A DNA stretch of 56,729 bases from assembly GCA_904502245.1 (NCBI GenBank), contig CAJGDN010000001.1:1-56729 (forward strand). Reading direction: 5' to 3'. The DNA comes from an uncultured Alphaproteobacteria bacterium. GTDB lineage: Bacteria; Pseudomonadota; Alphaproteobacteria; Rs-D84. Below the pieces are notes generated by a model. The model was not told where the DNA came from, made no database searches, and worked only from the letters and a program-made list of their open reading frames with translations. Positions 51,948-56,729 of this stretch are shown here, piece after piece. Numbering within the stretch: the first letter of the stretch is position 1; every line of letters begins with the position of its first letter. A program made the position numbers and the translations under genes.

Positions 51948-54944
51948 TTAGTTATTGTAGTCAACTGACCATGCAGCTGGCGTTTTACATTCTGTGGATC
52001 CGTCGGTGTGTGTCCATGAACATTTGATGTTTTCTATTTTAATGGTATTGATGTTATAGATGTTTCCGGAATCTAATATGGGGTCTGATATGGGGGTGGC
52101 ATTATCTATTACGCATTTGAATTCACAGCGACCATTGGTATGATGTCCAGGGTAATAATAACTGATTACGTTGGCGTACGTGGTATTGCCAAAGATTGTC
52201 AGGGGGTCAACAATTATTCCTTTGTCGCTGCGCAGTACGTATATGCCATCGCAATTTACCGTATTGTCGCCGGCTGTACCTATTAATATGTTATTAGATG
52301 AGGTGTCACTAATGCACATTAAGGTAAAGTTATAATCACCAATTTGTATTGGCATGATTGGGGTATATCGATTATCGTTTTCGCGCCAGCATAAGTCATA
52401 GCTATGTAAGTTATAGTTATAGTTTTCGATCTTTTTATTGCTGTAGGCGCCATTACTTAAATCAGAACTTTTATAAGAATAAGATCCATAGGTAAGATCG
52501 CTGTTTTGGTTGCAACAGTATTCTTGATTGGTATTGGTATGTTTTTTATTGGTTTGGCAACAGTTTGTAGTTTTATCATCTTCTGTAGTAGTTTTATCAT
52601 CTTCTGTAACGGTCATGAAGTAGGATTCAGCTTGGCACATCAGGTAATCGTCGGCAGTAGCTGTTGCCAGGTTGCAGCCGGTGTCTGTCATAACGTAGTC
52701 GATTGGACAACGTTTAATAGAACAGTTGTTTGGATAGTTGATGGTGTATGTGTTGTCTGCAAACCATGATAACAATGTTTCGTGACCAGAAACAGGGGTT
52801 AAAATTTTGTTTTCATCGGAATTAGCTGTGTCTGTTACGTCATATTTGCAATTACCCCATATTTCTTCGGCCAGAAGACATTTGTAGCATTCTGTTGGGT
52901 TATTATTGCATTTTGTGGAGCATATCTCATTTATTGGCTCCTCTGTTGAGGTAAAACCATAAATTTCTTGGTATATAGCTGTATTTCTATTTTCAGTGGT
53001 GCGGTTCTGGGATTCCATAATTTCATTGATGGTACCGTCACCCGCGTCTGCAATGCAGTTTATTACGTCGTCCCAACATATTTTGCGTTCCAAAATTGAA
53101 TGACGGTTAACAGAATTTGTGATGTCATTACATAGACCAAAGCTGTCACTTAACGCGGCACAATTTTTTACAATACAGTTGCGCCCAATTTCGCGACATG
53201 TAGACATAATGGTTTCATATGTTTTTTCCAGCGCAATGTCTGTTATGCCACTTTCCCATTCAGATGTCGATGGATTTTCGTTGTTGCCAGTGTCGCTGTT
53301 AATGTCTGCTGCAAATAATGCACTGCACGCTGTTTTTACTTCGGAACACATGGCAGCCGCAGTTCTGTCTGCGGAAACGCCAAATACAGATAATGCGCGT
53401 TCGTCAAAATCAGTAATGGTCTGTAAAGCATTGTCCAGACACTGGGTCGTTAATGTGGTACATGATTGACGAACCTGTTCCAGTTTGGCGTCCTGGGCCA
53501 GTTTGATTTGCGCCAATGCGTCATCAATAAACTGATCCCAGACGATGTCGGAAACATCCTGGCATTTTTCCATGGCTGGTTCTAGGAATTTGCGTTTGCT
53601 ATCCAGAAATAGCACATATCGTGAATTTTTGCTGGACCATGTTTCGGTGTCGCTGCTGGGGCGTATTATTAAATTGCGCAGATTTGCCAAATTTGTTGAT
53701 AATATCGCCGCACCAGTCGATGGGTTTATATATTGACCGGATGTGTCCAAACACTTTCCCATTTCTTCACCACATACAGTCGAATTTGTAAGCATGTCTA
53801 GCATTTTAGACTTGCAGGTCAGAATGTCGTCCGAATTTCGTTGTTGGTGTACTTCTAGACGTGACATGTCCAACAGGGCGCTGTTTTCAAAAACTTTGGT
53901 GCGGGCTTGGTCTGATTGGGTCTGAAATGTCTTTTTTACAGTGTTGCAATCCTGTTCAATCAACATTTGATATCCCCCTTCGGCAATGGATAATTCTTCG
54001 GGGGAACATACCTCTAGTGCCATTTCGCGACATACAGGCAGCGCCGCAGAGTATAATGCAGTGCCAGATTTTGTCGTCGTAGATGCCGCAGCCATGGAAT
54101 CAATAGAATCAAACGCAGAATCCATATCCAATGACAGTGATATGGCGTTCAGATTTTGGTCGAAATTGCTGTCATCAAAGCTGGTGTTTAGTTTTTTTGC
54201 AATTTCATCCAGGTGCTTTTTTGATTCGGATTTGTCCGCAGTATCAAAAGCTAATTCCCCGGCTGTTGCTTGGTTCAGGACGGCTGCGTCTTCTTTGTCC
54301 ATGCTGACCGTTAATAGGCGCTGTCCAAAATCCAGCAGTTTTTCTTCAACCAGGTCCAGATTCTCTTGCAGGCCACGGAATTCATTTATGCGCGTCGAAC
54401 ATGCACAACGTTTTAGCTGGGTGTCTTTGTTCGCACAGAACTCATCCATGCATTCGTAAAATACACTGCGGCATTTTGTCGCGTCACGTGCCAGAATATC
54501 TTCGCGGGTGATGGTGGGCTGAGACGTGGCACTGCGCCCGCGGTTGGTCAGACGGGATGTGTTTGTGCGCGTTTTTTCAGAACGTGTTGTTATGCCAGAA
54601 CGCGCAGTCGTTGCCGAACGTGTCGGTGTTGTTGCAGTACGGGATGATAGTGTCTTTTTCTGTGGGGTGGTCGCAGTGCGTGATGAAATCGCGCGTGTCG
54701 CAGTTGTGGCGGTACGTTCGCGAACCGATGTGTTGGCAGCCGTGCGTGCAGTTGTTGTCGATGTCGTAGATGGCGTTGTTTTGCGAGGGGTGACCGTCCC
54801 ACGTTCGCGCGCAGATGTCGGATGCGCAACTGTTGCAGTGCGACGTGGTACACTGCGTGATACTGTTTTTACATTGTTAGCCACCGCCGTGTTCATTATC
54901 AACGGCGCAATACACGCAGTAAAAAGCAGTCTGATTCCCTTCAT
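51948..54944 (-). CDS. large secreted protein (998 aa): Thr/Arg-rich low-complexity N-region plus Cys-rich body, unknown function
   Basis: Signal peptide MKGIRLLFTACIAPLIMNTAVA. About 120 aa of T/R/S/A repeats (SSRTATTP twice). More than 50 Cys afterwards. It ends 20 nt upstream of the 768-aa gene, so an operon is likely. Confidence 0.7.
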   Translation of the reverse strand: MKGIRLLFTACIAPLIMNTAVANNVKTVSRSVPRRTATVAHPTSARERGTVTPRKTTPSTTSTTTARTAANTSVRERTATTATRAISSRTATTPQKKTLSSRTATTPTRSATTARSGITTRSEKTRTNTSRLTNRGRSATSQPTITREDILARDATKCRSVFYECMDEFCANKDTQLKRCACSTRINEFRGLQENLDLVEEKLLDFGQRLLTVSMDKEDAAVLNQATAGELAFDTADKSESKKHLDEIAKKLNTSFDDSNFDQNLNAISLSLDMDSAFDSIDSMAAASTTTKSGTALYSAALPVCREMALEVCSPEELSIAEGGYQMLIEQDCNTVKKTFQTQSDQARTKVFENSALLDMSRLEVHQQRNSDDILTCKSKMLDMLTNSTVCGEEMGKCLDTSGQYINPSTGAAILSTNLANLRNLIIRPSSDTETWSSKNSRYVLFLDSKRKFLEPAMEKCQDVSDIVWDQFIDDALAQIKLAQDAKLEQVRQSCTTLTTQCLDNALQTITDFDERALSVFGVSADRTAAAMCSEVKTACSALFAADINSDTGNNENPSTSEWESGITDIALEKTYETIMSTCREIGRNCIVKNCAALSDSFGLCNDITNSVNRHSILERKICWDDVINCIADAGDGTINEIMESQNRTTENRNTAIYQEIYGFTSTEEPINEICSTKCNNNPTECYKCLLAEEIWGNCKYDVTDTANSDENKILTPVSGHETLLSWFADNTYTINYPNNCSIKRCPIDYVMTDTGCNLATATADDYLMCQAESYFMTVTEDDKTTTEDDKTTNCCQTNKKHTNTNQEYCCNQNSDLTYGSYSYKSSDLSNGAYSNKKIENYNYNLHSYDLCWRENDNRYTPIMPIQIGDYNFTLMCISDTSSNNILIGTAGDNTVNCDGIYVLRSDKGIIVDPLTIFGNTTYANVISYYYPGHHTNGRCEFKCVIDNATPISDPILDSGNIYNINTIKIENIKCSWTHTDGSTECKTPAAWSVDYNN
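52567..52608. repeat. 21-bp tandem duplication (2 copies) inside the 998-aa gene
   Basis: gtagttttatcatcttctgta occurs twice and encodes TEDDKTT-TEDDKTT. Confidence 0.85.
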
Positions 54945-55045
54945 CCTTTTTCTTATAAATGTTATTTTATCAGATTTGAAAAAGTGGGCAAGTGGAAATA
55001 ATAAAAAAATTGATGTTTTTTATCTTTTTTTTGGTTGCAAAATGC

Positions 55046-55130
55046 TGGTGCGACCAGGGGGAATCGAACCCCCACGGGTTGCCCCACAGCATCCTTAGTG
55101 CTGTGCGTCTACCAGTTCCGCCATGGTCGC
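55046..55130 (-). tRNA. tRNA-Leu with anticodon AAG (A34), class II, CCA encoded
   Basis: Reverse complement is gcgacca-TG-gcg-gaactggtaga-cgc-A-cagca-CU-AAG-GA-tgctg-(variable arm)-ggggg-ttcgatt-ccccc-tggtcgc-A-CCA. All stems are perfect. The plus-strand anticodon arm reads cagca-tccttag-tgctg. Confidence 0.85.
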
Positions 55131-55226
55131 ATAAGACGGTGTATATTTTTAGCAAGTTGATATTTGTTTTTCAACCTTTTTTGTGATAAAATTATCCCAA
55201 AAGGAAATTTAAGGGAAGGAACACTA

Positions 55227-56729
55227 ATGAAAAAACTGTCATATATGTTGTTAAATTGTTCGTTGTTTGCAATGATGCCAGTGTTGGCAAATGCTGCAGG
55301 GACGTATTATAACGGAAATACATATCAATCACCACAAACGGCACGTTATTCACAACAGTCATATTCGCAGCGTGCGCGGACGAATTCTTATTCGCAAAGT
55401 GGGTATGGGGCGTATAATCGTAATTCTTATTCGTCGGCTGTTTATTCGAATCCAAATGCACGATATAACCAGAATGCGCGTGGCGCACAGACAGCGCAAT
55501 CATCAAAACAGGATGCGGCAACTCGTTCTGCAACACAAGGGTTTAGTTTGGGGGCGGGGATTTCTCGTCAGACTTCTATGTGGCAGTTTGAGATGAAGGA
55601 ATCTGCATCAATTCTGCATTATGATAATGTCGATTGGAATGTTTTTGATGTAAATGCAGGGTATAAATTTAATGCAGGTAATACGCCAATGCAAATTATG
55701 GCAGGCTTTAAGTATGGTGTGCAGGCGGGCGAATCAACCATGGTTGATGATGATATTACCAACGGTGGATATTTTGTGACCGAATGGGGCCAGGATATCG
55801 ATAAAGATGGTGTCGTAGATAAGGTCTTGGGAAATCAAATCGGGAATGCGTTGTCAATCGGGACCGCAAAAGATGGGTCAATGATGGAATTTAATGCAGG
55901 GATTGGTTTGACTGACTTCTTTAAGTGGGGGAATGTTAAAATTACACCGTCAATTGGATGGCGCTATTTGAAATATACGCTGGAAACACATAATAATCAT
56001 GGTTTGTCGGTTGATTACTATGACGGAGAAGGTGGCTGTGTTGCCGTGCCGGGCAACGATGAAGTGCAATGTGATCCAGTGCTGATTTTCTATGATAGTG
56101 CGGGGAATCAGTTTTTGGCGTCGCGCAGCGATACAAATGGTGATGGGGCCATTGACATGAACGATGAAATACAGATTCCAAGTGGGTATAACTTTGTAAA
56201 TGCCGGTGGGACATATTATTATGGACAGCCAGGAATTAGTCATAAGTACGAAGTTGAATGGTCTGGTCCATATTTTGCGTTGGACATGTTGTATGATATT
56301 AATCAGAATAATTCTGTTAATGCATATTTGGAATTGGGATTGCCGTCTTATACAGCGACTGGGGATCAGCCGTATCGTTTTGACTGGCAGCATCCAAAGT
56401 CGGTGGAAGACAGCACGGGTATTGGTGGCGCGTTCCATTTGGGGATGGGGGCGAACTGGTCAACAGCAATTACAGACAGGGTTGCATTGTCAGTTGGTTT
56501 GACGTATGATTACTATACTGTGTCTGATGCAGATGCGAAAACATACCTTAGTGAAGAGTATTATATGGGGATTTATAATGATCGCCTGAATAATAAATAT
56601 GCGGGTGATGAACAAAAAATGTTGGAAGAAGATGTGATTGCTAAAAATATTATGGCATTGAAAGGTGAATGTCCGGGTTGGGTATGTACATCAAATGGCG
56701 AAATAGAATCCTTCTATAAATCAATGGGG
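55227..56729 (+). CDS. outer-membrane beta-barrel-like protein with Tyr/Asn/Ser/Gln-rich N-region; 3' end outside the window
   Basis: ATG at 55227 after AAGGGAAGGA. Signal peptide MKKLSYMLLNCSLFAMMPVLANA. The frame stays open for 501 codons to the window edge. It is absent from the ORF track because no stop lies in the window. Alternating aromatic beta-strand patterns (ITPSIGWRYLKYTLE, VEWSGPYFALDMLYDI). Confidence 0.65.
   Translation, partial: MKKLSYMLLNCSLFAMMPVLANAAGTYYNGNTYQSPQTARYSQQSYSQRARTNSYSQSGYGAYNRNSYSSAVYSNPNARYNQNARGAQTAQSSKQDAATRSATQGFSLGAGISRQTSMWQFEMKESASILHYDNVDWNVFDVNAGYKFNAGNTPMQIMAGFKYGVQAGESTMVDDDITNGGYFVTEWGQDIDKDGVVDKVLGNQIGNALSIGTAKDGSMMEFNAGIGLTDFFKWGNVKITPSIGWRYLKYTLETHNNHGLSVDYYDGEGGCVAVPGNDEVQCDPVLIFYDSAGNQFLASRSDTNGDGAIDMNDEIQIPSGYNFVNAGGTYYYGQPGISHKYEVEWSGPYFALDMLYDINQNNSVNAYLELGLPSYTATGDQPYRFDWQHPKSVEDSTGIGGAFHLGMGANWSTAITDRVALSVGLTYDYYTVSDADAKTYLSEEYYMGIYNDRLNNKYAGDEQKMLEEDVIAKNIMALKGECPGWVCTSNGEIESFYKSMG

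Noticed and set aside
54526-55098. 190-aa + strand Val/Ala/Arg-rich ORF
   Set aside because: It is the mirror image of the Thr/Arg-rich coding repeats of the 998-aa minus-strand gene and it runs into tRNA-Leu(AAG). It is an antisense artefact.

Overview
This is a 56.7-kb chromosomal window from a low-GC, diderm (Gram-negative) bacterium. Several features look alphaproteobacterium-like: tpiA divergent from ppiD, an L28 with a long basic tail, rpsF-rpsR-rplI, CarD/CdnL, ctpA, an envC-like gene, lptC-lptB, bamE and a CTTGAAA-type heat-shock promoter. A nifJ-type pyruvate:ferredoxin oxidoreductase suggests an anaerobic or microaerophilic lifestyle. Both points are inference, not proof. The housekeeping backbone is grpE, tpiA, ppiD, rpmB, clpB, nifJ, bamE, carD, lptCB, ctpA, corA, rpsF/rpsR/rplI, ssb, recO, clpPX, tyrS, polA and pth. 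There are three tRNA genes: Leu-CAA, Pro-GGG and an unusual Leu-AAG. Interspersed is a large surface/accessory complement: a Pmp-repeat autotransporter, a subtilase autotransporter, OmpA-family and small beta-barrel OMPs, and at least four secreted cysteine-rich proteins, three with CxxGxY...CxxCPxGxYC repeats. Two of these form a 5.3-kb operon containing perfect internal DNA repeats. Nearly every transcription unit ends in an A-run/GC-hairpin/T-run intrinsic terminator, often shared by convergent genes. I saw no rRNA, CRISPR array, transposase or integrase. The best candidates for something undescribed are listed here, and all functional readings of them are hypotheses that need database and structure searches I cannot run. 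(1) A small N-terminally Cys-rich ORF, a terminator and an unclassified radical-SAM enzyme between ygiW and tyrS. (2) A two-gene operon of a Fic/Doc-fold protein with a QPFDDFNKR motif (catalytic His replaced) and an APH/choline-kinase-fold kinase. (3) The Cys-rich repeat-protein family. (4) Orphan genes next to tRNA-Pro, plus a 35-aa Cys/Lys-rich peptide. (5) A 430-bp structured intergenic region with its own promoter and two terminators. (6) An orphan VirB11-type ATPase. (7) A divergent second ClpP.
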